64,000 nucleotides of DNA from an uncultured Methanosarcinaceae archaeon (GTDB taxonomy: Archaea; Halobacteriota; Methanosarcinia; Methanosarcinales; Methanosarcinaceae). The notes below the pieces were generated by a model. That model was not told the DNA's origin and did no database searches. It saw only the letters and a program-made list of their open reading frames with translations. Positions within the stretch are counted from its first letter, which is position 1. Each line of letters opens with the position of its first letter. Made by a program: the position numbers and the translations under genes. The DNA is taken from positions 928,001-992,000 of the forward strand of contig CAWJYV010000008.1 in assembly GCA_963847185.1 (NCBI GenBank), in the 5' to 3' direction. Below are positions 53,523 through 64,000 of the stretch, piece by piece.

Positions 53523-54986
53523 ATGCAAATAACTCAATTTTTTGTGAAAGGTATAGCTCACAGCTCATATATTCTTGCAGGAAAACAAAATTGTGCAGTT
53601 ATTGATCCTCGCAGGGACACTGATATTTACATCCAGGAAGCAAAATCCAGGGGTCTGAAGATTACCCATATCCTGGAAACTCATCTTCATGCAGATTTTG
53701 TTTCAGGACACATTGATCTGGCAGAAGTTACAGGGGCAAAAATCCATGTTCCCAAAGCCGCTGGCTGCGAGTTCGAACATATAGGGCTGGCTGAAGGAGA
53801 TAATTTTGAAATCGAAGATATGGTTATAAAGATAATCGAGACTCCGGGACATACTCCTGAGCACATCTGTTATGTTGTTTCGGATACGTCAAGAGGTCCT
53901 GATCCTGCTGCTGTCTTCTGTGGAGATACTCTTTTTGTTGGGGATGTTGGCAGGCCAGATCTGTTTCCTCGCAGAGCAGAGGAACTTGCTTCCAGGCTTT
54001 ATGACAGCCTGCACGAAAAATTGCTTTCTCTTCCTGACTCCTGTGAGGTTTACCCTGCACATGGGGAGGGCTCTCTCTGCGGAAGGGCTCTTGGAGCCAG
54101 ACGCTCAAGCACAATAGGTTATGAAAGAAAATACAACTACGCTCTGCAGATCTCAAACAGGAAAGAATTAGTAAAGGCTCTTACAACTGATATGCCCTCT
54201 GCACCCGATCATTTCAGCCGTTGTGCTGAACTCAACAGGAAAGGGCCGACAAAACTCAAGGAGCTTCCTTCCGTAAAGGAAATTCCTCCCGAGGATTTCC
54301 TCAAGCTTTCAGAACGAGATGATACTGCTATTCTGGATATCCGCTGTTATGAAGGTTTTGGAGGTGAACATATTCCGGGTTCCTGGTGCATTGACCTTCG
54401 AAGTAATTTTGCAACTTATGCAGGTTGGCTTCTGCCTCCGGATAAACAGGTGCTGCTAGTATCAGAAAGCGAAAGCCAGGCTCTGGAAGCAGTTGTCTGG
54501 CTGCACAGGGTGGGTCTTGACAATATTTCCGGTTTTCTGAGAGGAGGAATGTTCGCTTGGGTAACCGCAGGTCTCAGGGCTTCTCATGTGCCCCAGCTCT
54601 CAATTCCTGAGCTTCATGAATGGATTGTAAGTGGAAATCCACATGTAATCATTGATGTGAGAGCTCCTTCCGAGTATGAAGCTTTCCACATAAAGAATGC
54701 AATTAATATCCCCGTCCAGGATCTCAGGGAAAGGTATGTTGAGATTGACCCGAAGGCTGAGACAATAATTCTTATATGCAGCACCGGGCACAGATCAAGC
54801 ATGGGATGCAGTATCCTTAAACAGCATGGTTTCTCCAGCGTTAATAATGCCGCCGGAGGAATGACAGGATACAATGCTGCAGGTTTTGGACCCGAATGTC
54901 CTATATGTGCTCTTTCCTGGGCTGGAAAAGCCGGTAAGGAGGAGAAAACGGAGTTCCTCAAAAACCAAAATCAAGATACATCTTAA
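53523..54986 (+). CDS. MBL-fold hydrolase (persulfide dioxygenase-like) with two rhodanese domains
   Basis: ETHLHADF, TPGHT, GDTLF..GRPD; rhodanese motifs DVR, HIPG and CSTGHRS. Confidence 0.92.
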   Translation: MQITQFFVKGIAHSSYILAGKQNCAVIDPRRDTDIYIQEAKSRGLKITHILETHLHADFVSGHIDLAEVTGAKIHVPKAAGCEFEHIGLAEGDNFEIEDMVIKIIETPGHTPEHICYVVSDTSRGPDPAAVFCGDTLFVGDVGRPDLFPRRAEELASRLYDSLHEKLLSLPDSCEVYPAHGEGSLCGRALGARRSSTIGYERKYNYALQISNRKELVKALTTDMPSAPDHFSRCAELNRKGPTKLKELPSVKEIPPEDFLKLSERDDTAILDIRCYEGFGGEHIPGSWCIDLRSNFATYAGWLLPPDKQVLLVSESESQALEAVVWLHRVGLDNISGFLRGGMFAWVTAGLRASHVPQLSIPELHEWIVSGNPHVIIDVRAPSEYEAFHIKNAINIPVQDLRERYVEIDPKAETIILICSTGHRSSMGCSILKQHGFSSVNNAAGGMTGYNAAGFGPECPICALSWAGKAGKEEKTEFLKNQNQDTS

Positions 54987-55455
54987 AAGGAAAACAAAAG
55001 GAGCAGAAAAGGAAATGTAATTGCTCTAAAGCTTATCACATGGAATCTTGACTCGAACGTTCAGGTAGATTTTTATGTAGGTAGATTTTGATATCAGATG
55101 GATTTTGAAGTTCTCTGGCTATATGGATTTTAAAGTTTAACCAAATTAAGCTGGAATGTAAAAAGGTAGATTCTAATGTGTGTCTTTATGAATTTATAGG
55201 CATATTTTTGATTGCTATTTTTTACTATTTCCTTTGCCAAAAAGTTACTCATGGATGAAGATTTCTGAATTATGATCATTTTTGCAGGTATACTTCTTTT
55301 CAGATTTATTTCCGGTAACTGAAGGGTCTGATAAAGCGCAGAAAAATAAATTACTGTATGAAAAATAAATGTGCTGGCAGACAAATATTTATAATAAGTA
55401 TCGGTAGTTTATATTGAGGTAAAAACGTAAAAGTACTTTATAGTGGGGGAGAAGT

Positions 55456-55863
55456 ATGAAAATTCGAGTAGTTAGTTCAAGAGAGGAAATTTTCACTCTC
55501 AATCCTAATGAGCGTGTAGTTCATCTGGCCTTCAGGCCTTCGAACAAAGACATCTTTGCACTGGTTGAAACATGCCCTAAAATTGAGGTAATTCAGTTAC
55601 CCAAATCTTACAGGCGTACAGTCTCAAAATCTATAGAAATGTTCCTTGAAATGCAGAGAATCCAGCTAATCGAAGGAGATGTCTGGGGACATAGGAAGGA
55701 CATTAATGAATATTACAGTATTCCGTCCTCAGTAATTGAGAAGATAAAGGAACTAAAATCTGAAGGTACACCTGCTGAGAGAATCGAAGAAAAAGTCTCA
55801 AGGGAAAGCAAGCTCAACCCTGAAATGGTTGCTTATATCTTGACCAAGGAAGCTTCTTCCTGA
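55456..55863 (+). CDS. DUF1699 family protein
   Basis: paralogue of 41510..41917. Confidence 0.88.
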   Translation: MKIRVVSSREEIFTLNPNERVVHLAFRPSNKDIFALVETCPKIEVIQLPKSYRRTVSKSIEMFLEMQRIQLIEGDVWGHRKDINEYYSIPSSVIEKIKELKSEGTPAERIEEKVSRESKLNPEMVAYILTKEASS

Positions 55864-55977
55864 TAATATCAGGCAGATTTCCACTTATATCTTTAGTGCA
55901 GGTAAAAAATGTAACAATCCATCTATTATCTGGTTTCAAGCCTAGTTCCCAAACTTGGATGCAGGCTTGGACACTAA

Positions 55978-56008
55978 AGTTAAGGAAGCCTTTTAAGGCT
56001 TCCTAACT
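55978..56008 (+). terminator. strong hairpin downstream of the DUF1699 gene
   Basis: AGGAAGCCTT-TT-AAGGCTTCCT with flanking AGTTA/TAACT. Confidence 0.5.
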
Positions 56009-56383
56009 ATGGATTCTAGTACTGCGATTCTGAAGTATGTTCATAAAACCTGACTTTTGAAGCTACCCATTAATCACGAATTTCCTATTAAATAAGGAAT
56101 TTATTTTGGAATCGAAGCACTAGCATGAGCTGGCCATCTTAAGTATACTCGATATGTTTTTTAATACTATTAATAAGTATAATTTCTTTTGTCTTTACTT
56201 CCTGCTTACTGTGAGTTTTGTTCACCTGTCATTATTTCAATCTTATTTTTGGAAACTCTCTCAAAGAAATCTTTACAGTCTTTTCTGGATAAAAGGGGTA
56301 GTGAACAGTAATAAATTATATACTTTAGAAGGCTGTAATCTTTTTAAGCATATAGAATTAAAAATCTAGAGGAGACCGAAGGG

Positions 56384-57187
56384 TTGCAATTAGAACTTAT
56401 AGAAATAATCTTTCTTTCGGAAAAGCGAAAGCAATTATTACTTTTTCTGGCAAATGGGCCGAAAAATATTAATGAAATTACTGAATCCCTTCAAGCTCCC
56501 TCAACAGCTATTCTACCTCAAATAAAAAAATTAAAAGAAAAATCTCTAGTCCTCCAGGAAGGCAAAAGCTATACCTTATCCCTAATAGGAAAAATCCTTG
56601 TTGACAAAATGAAGCCACTTGTAAGTATTATGGATGTTTTCGAGGACAATTTGGAGTACTGGACTGAAAGAGACCTGCAGGGGATTCCACTTTCCTTTCG
56701 AAGAAGACTAGGAGAGCTAGGAAAGTGCAAACTGATTCAGCCCGATCTTGACAGAATGTTTGAACTTGACCCGGAAATTGTGGACAACCTTTTTAAGTCC
56801 AAAAGCATACTTGAATGCATATCCTACTTTCATCCTTCTCTTATTTCCTTGTGTCAAGAGCTTGCAGAAAATGGGGTTGAAGTGTCCTTTCTGATGTCTG
56901 AATCCGTTTTTCAACGATATTCGCAGGATTTTGTAGAAGACTTCCGAAGTATGCTGAACCTCAAAAATATCAGCTTTTTTTTATATTCCGGAGAACTCAG
57001 GATTGCAAACCTTATTGTCACGAATAAATTTTTCATGATTTCTCTTTTTCCGAAGAGCCAGAAACATTTTGATATGGAAGGCCTTATAAGTTACGAGCCC
57101 TCAGCCCTGCAGTTCGGAAATGAGCTTTTTAACGAGTTGCTAAAAAATTCTACCCGAATTACAGAGATGCCTACTAAAAACTCATGA
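56384..57187 (+). CDS. winged-helix regulator with DUF1724/FilR1-middle-type domain
   Basis: SEKRKQLLL.L..GP, ILPQIKKL, YFHP; paralogue of 9544. Confidence 0.85.
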   Translation: MQLELIEIIFLSEKRKQLLLFLANGPKNINEITESLQAPSTAILPQIKKLKEKSLVLQEGKSYTLSLIGKILVDKMKPLVSIMDVFEDNLEYWTERDLQGIPLSFRRRLGELGKCKLIQPDLDRMFELDPEIVDNLFKSKSILECISYFHPSLISLCQELAENGVEVSFLMSESVFQRYSQDFVEDFRSMLNLKNISFFLYSGELRIANLIVTNKFFMISLFPKSQKHFDMEGLISYEPSALQFGNELFNELLKNSTRITEMPTKNS

Positions 57188-57460
57188 ATCCTCTTATTTG
57201 AGATTTCTAATCCAAAATTGCTTCTCTTCAATGGACGAAAATACATGAATAGTAGAAGATTATAAACACAATTCCGGAATAAATGTACAACCTGTCGGAA
57301 TTATCGAAAAAGCGGAACACAGGAGATTAATAGATAATTTTTCCTGTATTCTATATTTTTATCATCTTAGAATATTAGAATGTTAAGCATAGATATCTAT
57401 TTCGATAATGCTTCTGTCCAATATCTTTCTTCGTTACATCTTAAGTGCTGTATTCTAAGT

Positions 57461-57919
57461 TTACATAGCTTTACTCATGTGTTTGAGTTTTTCGGCAATG
57501 TCGACTCCGAGCCTTTTGCACTCCTGTATGTCCTTGTCTGTAGGCTTATGAAGAATCCGGAGTACGGGATCTATAACGTTCATACCCATCTCTCTCATTT
57601 TTTCGGCTATCAGTACAGGTGCCTCTCCGCTCCACCCGTAAGATCCAAATGCAGCTCCTAATTTTCCTCCTGGGCTCGTAGAAGCAAGAGTTTCATTCAT
57701 GAATTTTTCCATAGGTGCCAGCATTTTGTAGTAAAAAGTCGAAGATCCTATTGCAATTGCGTCTGCTTCGTTAAGTTCTTCGAGCTTTACGTCATAAAAG
57801 CTGACAGCTTTTACATCCACATTCTTTGACTCAATCCCGCTAGCTATTGCTTCTGCCATAGCTTTGGTGTTCCCTGAGGTACTGAGATAGACTACTATCG
57901 CTTTCAACCTTATCCCCAT
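57461..57919 (-). CDS. flavodoxin-domain protein
   Basis: STSGNTKAMA FMN loop, GSST, AFGSYGWSGEA. Confidence 0.92.
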   Translation of the reverse strand: MGIRLKAIVVYLSTSGNTKAMAEAIASGIESKNVDVKAVSFYDVKLEELNEADAIAIGSSTFYYKMLAPMEKFMNETLASTSPGGKLGAAFGSYGWSGEAPVLIAEKMREMGMNVIDPVLRILHKPTDKDIQECKRLGVDIAEKLKHMSKAM

Positions 57920-58131
57920 CCAAATTTAAGATCTGATATTCAGTGTCAGTTAAGGAAAAAGTGAGCAAAAATAAGCAGTTTCAATCTGCCCAAAATCCAG
58001 GCAATAAAAAGCAAAACATGAAGCCTTCTCACTTTCAACCCTACATTAGCTATATAAATTATTTTAAATAAGGATTTCGTCCAGAATCTGACGGCTTCAG
58101 GAGTTAAAGGAAAGGAGTTAAAGAGGAATCC

Positions 58132-59898
58132 TTATACAAGGTCTGCCTCAATACGGATAGGGGCTATATAATTTACCACCTGGAAGGCTATGCTCTCAAG
58201 AAAGTTGCGTACATTCTGGGGAATTCTATCTGTAGTATGGGAAGCAAAATTCAGGCTGCCTATGATTTCTCCCCTGTGTTTCATAGGAATAACCGCAACA
58301 GCAGTAATTTTTTCTGTCCTAATCAAATCCGACATTTCTTTAGAGTAAAAATCCAGTTTATAAATGGGTTTTTCAATCCATATCTGTCTTGCCTCAGGAG
58401 AGTCTGCCCTATAAGTAGAAATACTTTTCACAAACTCAGGAGAAAGTCCCCTGTATGCAACCAGGTTAATCTGATCAAAGAGTTCATCTTTCAGATATAT
58501 ACCTGCAGCATCCAAGTCTTTTATCTGCAGGCAGGCGTCAAGAATTCGATTAAGCATGGTCTGGAGGCTCCAGGTAGTACTGAGAGATATTCCAAGTTCC
58601 CTCTGGATCTCTAACATCTCTTCTGCCTCTTTTCTTTCAGTCACATCGACAACTATTCCCTGGAAATGAGTCACATTTCCTGTGATATCTCTCTTGATAA
58701 ATGTCCTTTCCTCAACCCAGCGAATCTCGCCTTTCCCGGTAAAAATTCTATATTCCATTTCAAAAGAATTGTATCCTTCTCTTATCGAACGTGCGAGATT
58801 TTCTTTAACTGCTTCAATATCCTCTTTGTGGATTATATCTCCATAGAGTATATTTCCAGATATAAAGTCCTCCACTGTGTACCCTAACTGAGTGACATTT
58901 TCTGAAACGAATTCTGCAGGCCAGTTTTCCATATTTTTCCACAGAAAAGCTATTGCTGGGCTTTTGTTTATTACAGCTTTGAGCGTTTTCTGCATTTCGA
59001 GAGATTTTCGAAGGGCTTCTTCAATCTCTTTCCTGGGTGTTATATCCAGGACTATTCCCTGAAAGCAGTTTACTTTCCCATCTTCCTCCCTCTGGATAAA
59101 AGTCCTCTCGTTTACCCATCTCACGTCTCCGGCTTTTGTAAAAAGCCTGTACTCCGAATTAAAACTCACCTCTCCTTTCTGAATGCTCCTTTCAAGCTCC
59201 TCTTCTACCCTTTCAAGGTCATTTGGATGTATAATTTTTCCATACTGGATTTTTTGTGATAGAAAGTCATTAGTTGTATATCCGAACTGGATTATGTTCT
59301 CTGAGACAAAAACCGCAGGCCAGTATTTTTCGTTTCTCCAGAGAAAGACTACTGCAGGACTGTTATTAATCACTGTAGTAAGCATTTTTTGTATTTTTAG
59401 AACTTTTTCCAGCCGTTCTTCACTTTTCTTCCTTCCGGTAATGTCAAGCACCACTCCCTGAAAGTGCATAACCTCTCCCTTTGCATTCCTCTGAATGAAA
59501 ATTCTCTGGTTTATCCAGCGGACTTCCCCACTTTTTGTTATAATTCTGTACTCGTTGGTGAATGCCGGCGTTTTGTTCTTTATACTTTTCTCAAACTGCT
59601 CCTCAACCTCTTCAAGATCTTCAGTACATATGATATCTCTGTACATCACCCTGCCAGACGTAAAGTCTTCTACAGTGTATCCAAGGCTCATAACGTTTTC
59701 TGAGGCGAATTCTACAGGCCACTTATCTTCGTTTTTCAGGAGAAAAACTACTACATGACTATTATTGATTATTGTTCTTAAAGCTCCTTCTTTTTCCAAA
59801 GCTTTGTGAAAGAGCTCTTCTTCTATATCATTTTCATTATTTGATGGCTTGGAACTTATATTTAGATTTTCTACTCCATTTGGATCTTTAATATTCAT
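58132..59898 (-). CDS. sensor protein with 3 PAS domains and a C-terminal GAF domain
   Basis: three WP..F.SEN...GY...IIH..D..EYR..TK.G..RW...FQG.V.D.T.RK repeats, then a GAF-like domain; no kinase motifs. Confidence 0.88.
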   Translation of the reverse strand: MNIKDPNGVENLNISSKPSNNENDIEEELFHKALEKEGALRTIINNSHVVVFLLKNEDKWPVEFASENVMSLGYTVEDFTSGRVMYRDIICTEDLEEVEEQFEKSIKNKTPAFTNEYRIITKSGEVRWINQRIFIQRNAKGEVMHFQGVVLDITGRKKSEERLEKVLKIQKMLTTVINNSPAVVFLWRNEKYWPAVFVSENIIQFGYTTNDFLSQKIQYGKIIHPNDLERVEEELERSIQKGEVSFNSEYRLFTKAGDVRWVNERTFIQREEDGKVNCFQGIVLDITPRKEIEEALRKSLEMQKTLKAVINKSPAIAFLWKNMENWPAEFVSENVTQLGYTVEDFISGNILYGDIIHKEDIEAVKENLARSIREGYNSFEMEYRIFTGKGEIRWVEERTFIKRDITGNVTHFQGIVVDVTERKEAEEMLEIQRELGISLSTTWSLQTMLNRILDACLQIKDLDAAGIYLKDELFDQINLVAYRGLSPEFVKSISTYRADSPEARQIWIEKPIYKLDFYSKEMSDLIRTEKITAVAVIPMKHRGEIIGSLNFASHTTDRIPQNVRNFLESIAFQVVNYIAPIRIEADLV

Positions 59899-60503
59899 TT
59901 CTCAAGTCATCTCCATAGGATTTTTGATTGGTTTCTACAATTGCTACTGTTTATTCGCTCGCGATTGCCATTTTTGTATTTTAGGATCCGATTCTTATAT
60001 AATTAGGCTTATTCAAATATCATTTTTTTGATGCTGGTTTCTGGATTGCTCTCATATATCCTTTCCAAAAAAATCGATAATTATATATATGTGATTTTTT
60101 TTGGCTCAAAAAACCTGCTTCAGCATTCTAAATCACTTCTTTTTCTGTCGACAGAAAATTATTTATACTATATACAGGTAATAAGATTCCGTATTCCGTA
60201 ATCAGGTTTTGGATTTCAATCCAGAAGAATCCCATCCCTGGTACCACCAATAATATGCTTCTGGTAAAGGCTGTGAAACCCATAGATCTCTCATGAACCC
60301 CTTATTAACTTCCTTGAAGGAGAAATCTAAGAGACATTAGCTTTCAAATATAAAGTTAAAATGGGCTTCAGAAACCTGGAGTGCGTTGAAAAATAAAGCA
60401 TGTGAATGCGGAATACACTCAAAAATGGCAACAAGACCTAAAACTACAAACCTCCAAATATCTGCAAAAGGGTCTTGACAGGCAAAAACCTCCAAAAATT
60501 TCT

Positions 60504-60661
60504 GCAAAGATGTCTTAAGAGACAAAAAATGGCAAAGATGTCTTAAGAGACAAAAAATGGCAAAGATGTCTTAAGAGACAAAAATGGCAAAGATGTCTTG
60601 AGACAAAAAATGGCAAAGATGTCTTGAGATAAAAAATGGCAAAGATGTCTTGAGACAAAAA
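60504..60661. repeat. 6-copy 26-28 bp tandem repeat with internal palindrome
   Basis: GCAAAGATGTCTT(AA)GAGACAAAAAATG units; no spacers. Confidence 0.92.
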
Positions 60662-60763
60662 CCTCCATAAAAGGCCTTTGGTAAGGTATGAGGGAGACCT
60701 TACTTCAGTGCCTTTTCATCCTTATCTTCTCGAAGTCATTCTACGTTATTATTTGTCCAGGAT

Positions 60764-61555
60764 TCATTTCTCAGCATAAGCTTCAATTTCCAGCCTCATC
60801 ATCCGAACATGGACGTACCCTTTGTTATCTGGAGGATGGTTATTGACAAAGATACTTACAAATTCATTTATAAAATTCTCTTGCATGTTTTGGGGAACCT
60901 GTCGTGTATAAGGATGTAAGATTGAGAAATTCCATGCAAAAAGTTCTCTTTTTCCTTCAAGAAACATATCTTTTGGATTTAGCTCTAGCCGCTTTACCGA
61001 GAATCCTGTATTTTTTAGCCATTTTATGTATTCTGCAGGTCCGTAAAATCTGAATGGAAAAATAAAATCTTTAAAATAAGAGTTCCATTTTTCATCCTCA
61101 AGCATCAAGTCAACAACTTCAAGGATTTCCGCGGCATTTCCTCGTCCTCCAAATTGGGCCATAAATTTTCCTCCAGGCTTAAGGCTTTTCCAAATAACCT
61201 TTAGAACAAGTTCATGGTCTTTTATCCAGTGGATGGCGGCGTTAGAATAAACAATATCGAATTCAGAATTAAAACTAGGGTCTGTTGCATCCATTTGCAT
61301 AAAGGCAAGATTTGGAAAGTTTTCTGGAGGGTAGTGCTCCCTAGCAAAAGTAATCATAGATTCGGAAAGATCAATTCCGAGAACAGAACCTTCAGGCAGC
61401 TTCCTTGCCATCTCGGCACTGAGTTTTCCATCCCCACACCCAACGTCAAGAATCTTCTCATTTCCTTTGAGATTTAGTTTTGTGATAAGCTCTAAGCCCC
61501 AGCTTTTCTGAGGTGAAGAACTGACAGAATAAAGTTCTGGATCCCAGCAGTCCAT
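60764..61555 (-). CDS. class I SAM-dependent methyltransferase (Tam-like)
   Basis: ILDVGCGDG, GIDLS, FDIVYSNAAIHW, LKPGG. Confidence 0.92.
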   Translation of the reverse strand: MDCWDPELYSVSSSPQKSWGLELITKLNLKGNEKILDVGCGDGKLSAEMARKLPEGSVLGIDLSESMITFAREHYPPENFPNLAFMQMDATDPSFNSEFDIVYSNAAIHWIKDHELVLKVIWKSLKPGGKFMAQFGGRGNAAEILEVVDLMLEDEKWNSYFKDFIFPFRFYGPAEYIKWLKNTGFSVKRLELNPKDMFLEGKRELFAWNFSILHPYTRQVPQNMQENFINEFVSIFVNNHPPDNKGYVHVRMMRLEIEAYAEK

Positions 61556-62230
61556 AAAAGCAATTCGTTTTCTTCGAAATTAATCTTTTCTATTCCTGCA
61601 AGGTACATGTAATCTTAATGTGTAGATTAGATTAAAAATAAAAGAATATCTTTTTTAATAAAAAAGGGTTCTATATCCTAACAAAGGCTTGATAAATAAT
61701 ATTCTGACTAAGTGACAAGAATACGAAAGATGTTTTATAAAAACTCGTGAACGGGTACAACTCTGTCGTAGTTGATTTTTTTGGTGGTGTGTTTTTTGTT
61801 CGGGTGTGATCTTGTAGATGTGGTTCAGAGCAGGCCCGTTCACTATGCTATTTTATTCAAAGTCTTCTTCGCTATATAAATATTTGGATACTATTATATT
61901 AAATTGCCTTTCTGTCCTAATGGGTTCATATTTTCAATAGCTCAAAAGGAGACTTTTTCCGAATTTTTGCCTTTATGTCCCCCTAACTTAAATGATTTTT
62001 TCCGATAAACTTTTTTCTTTATATTTTTAATTAATATATGTCTCTATCATTTTCTAAATTCTCTCATCATTATGCATTTTTCATCAAAGCTTCATATATT
62101 TAATATATGCTCAGTATGTTTTGTTATTCTTTTCACAGCTTTTCCGTCCCCAACCTGTTTATACTATGAAGTTTTTTCCTATCCATATTATATCTTTTAA
62201 TTCTCACATGAGATTCTAAGGAGATTAGTA

Positions 62231-63892
62231 ATGAGAAGCTCTATTATTAAAGAGGGGCCCGAACGTGCTGCAAACCGTTCACTTCTAAAGGCTACTGGGG
62301 TCACAGATTCCGAGATGAGAAGACCGTTTATCGCAGTCGTCAATTCTTGGAACGACATAGTTCCTGGACATATACACCTGAGTAAACTTGCTGAAGCTGT
62401 AAAAGCCGGGATAAGGAATGCCGGTGGAGTTCCTTTTGAGTTCCATACCATTGGGGTTTGTGATGGAATCGCAATGGGGCACGAAGGTATGAAATATTCC
62501 CTCCCTAGTAGGGAGGTTATTGAAGATACAATTGAACTGATGGTTAGAGCCCACCAGTTTGACGGCATTGTTCTTATGCCAACCTGTGATAAAATCGTAC
62601 CAGGCCACCTCATGGCAGCAGGCAGGCTTGATATCCCTGCAATTGTTGTGACCGGAGGACCGATGCTTCCCGGGTATGTAGATGATAAATACACGGATCT
62701 TATCTCTGTCTTCGAAGGCGTAGGGGCTTACAGGGCAGGGAAACTTTCCGAAGCCGATCTAAATAGACTTGAAAATCTTTCCTGTGCAGGAGCTGGATCC
62801 TGTGCAGGGATGTTTACCGCAAATACCATGGCCTGCATGACCGAAGCGCTGGGGTTGAGCCTTCCTGGCTGTGCAACTGCACATGCCGTGGATGCAAAAA
62901 AGACGCGGATAGCCAAGGAATCTGGCGAGCGTATTGTGGAAATGGTCAGAGAAAACCTGACTCCAAGAAAGATTGTCACTTTCAAATCTTTTGAAAATGC
63001 CATAATGGTGGACATGGCGATCGGAGGGAGTACTAATACCACCCTGCACCTGCCTGCTCTTGCCCACGAATTCGGGCTAAAGCTTACTCTTGACACCTTT
63101 GATGAACTGAGCCGGATAACTCCCCACTTGATCTCGCTGCGTCCCGGAGGTCCGAACTTTATGCTTCACTTTGACAGGGCTGGTGGAGTTCAGGCAGTTA
63201 TGCAGAGACTTTCTTCTAAGCTCCATCTGGACCAGCTTACGGTCAACAGCAAAACTATTGGGGAAAACCTTGAAGGGCTGGATATTGTCAATCCGAAGCT
63301 TAATAAAGAGATTATTGCAACTCTCGAAAATCCCATCCATGCTCAGGGAGGAATTGCTGTCCTCAAAGGCAGCCTTGCCCCTGATGGTGCGGTTGTAAAG
63401 CAGGCAGCAGTTGCTCCAAATATGCGCATCCATATAGGTCCTGCTAGAGTTTATGACAGTGAAGAAGACTCTATGAAGGATATTCTTGCAGGCCATATAA
63501 AGCCTGGAGACGTTATTATCATTCGTTACGAAGGTCCCAAAGGTGGCCCAGGAATGCGGGAAATGCTTGCAGCTACAGCCGCAATCGGAGGTATGGGCCT
63601 TCTGGAGTCTGTAGCTCTGATTACTGATGGACGCTTTTCAGGAGGTACCCGTGGGCCTTGCATAGGCCATGTTTCTCCTGAAGCCAGTGAAGGAGGGCCA
63701 ATTGCTCTTGTAAAAGATGGGGATATGATCGAAATCAATATTCCTGAGAGAAGCCTGAACCTGAAGGTTTCCGAAGAGGAGCTTAAGCAGCGGAAAGCTG
63801 CCTTTATGCCTCCTAAAAAGGAAGTAACGGGTTATCTTGCTAGATATCAGCGTGCTGTCCATTCCGCAAACACAGGCGCGATAGTTGACTGA
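62231..63892 (+). CDS. ilvD: dihydroxy-acid dehydratase
   Basis: [33 protein letters not shown]. Confidence 0.97.
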   Translation: MRSSIIKEGPERAANRSLLKATGVTDSEMRRPFIAVVNSWNDIVPGHIHLSKLAEAVKAGIRNAGGVPFEFHTIGVCDGIAMGHEGMKYSLPSREVIEDTIELMVRAHQFDGIVLMPTCDKIVPGHLMAAGRLDIPAIVVTGGPMLPGYVDDKYTDLISVFEGVGAYRAGKLSEADLNRLENLSCAGAGSCAGMFTANTMACMTEALGLSLPGCATAHAVDAKKTRIAKESGERIVEMVRENLTPRKIVTFKSFENAIMVDMAIGGSTNTTLHLPALAHEFGLKLTLDTFDELSRITPHLISLRPGGPNFMLHFDRAGGVQAVMQRLSSKLHLDQLTVNSKTIGENLEGLDIVNPKLNKEIIATLENPIHAQGGIAVLKGSLAPDGAVVKQAAVAPNMRIHIGPARVYDSEEDSMKDILAGHIKPGDVIIIRYEGPKGGPGMREMLAATAAIGGMGLLESVALITDGRFSGGTRGPCIGHVSPEASEGGPIALVKDGDMIEINIPERSLNLKVSEEELKQRKAAFMPPKKEVTGYLARYQRAVHSANTGAIVD

Positions 63893-64000
63893 GCTGTCAG
63901 AAATCCCATTTTGAATTATTTTCAGGAAGGTTTTATTCCTTCCTATTTCTTATTTTTCTAACAAGAAAAATCCTATATTTTCCTTATTAAACCCGGTTTG

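Noticed and set aside
60504-60661. possible CRISPR array
   Set aside because: Units are contiguous with no unique spacers and no cas genes are nearby

Overview
Archaeal chromosomal window, very likely Methanosarcina (inferred from Fae, PKD/PGF-pre-PGF surface proteins, DUF1699 and DUF1724-type regulators, archaeal LeuRS, RPA and deoxyhypusine synthase). It is mostly housekeeping: pepN, thrC, leuS, MarR-MATE-ABC, dys, rpa, glmU-glmS-glmM-glmU and ilvD. The accessory parts are: (i) 0.1-13 kb, with a stand-alone class II aaRS-like protein, two orphan antitoxin-like paralogues and a tandem duplication of PKD surface-protein genes that has a relic third copy and a conserved in-frame ATG-AAG-TTT-TAG leader; (ii) an AT-rich McrBC-type restriction locus at 13.3-16.1 kb, whose McrB has an unfamiliar N-terminal domain and whose mcrC is split by one extra base; (iii) decayed lipoprotein/surface gene remnants at 42.2-44.1 kb; (iv) several intergenic tandem repeats, including a palindromic 26-28 bp array at 60.5 kb. 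I recognised no tRNA, rRNA, CRISPR array or transposase. All family calls come from reading motifs by eye, with no database searches.
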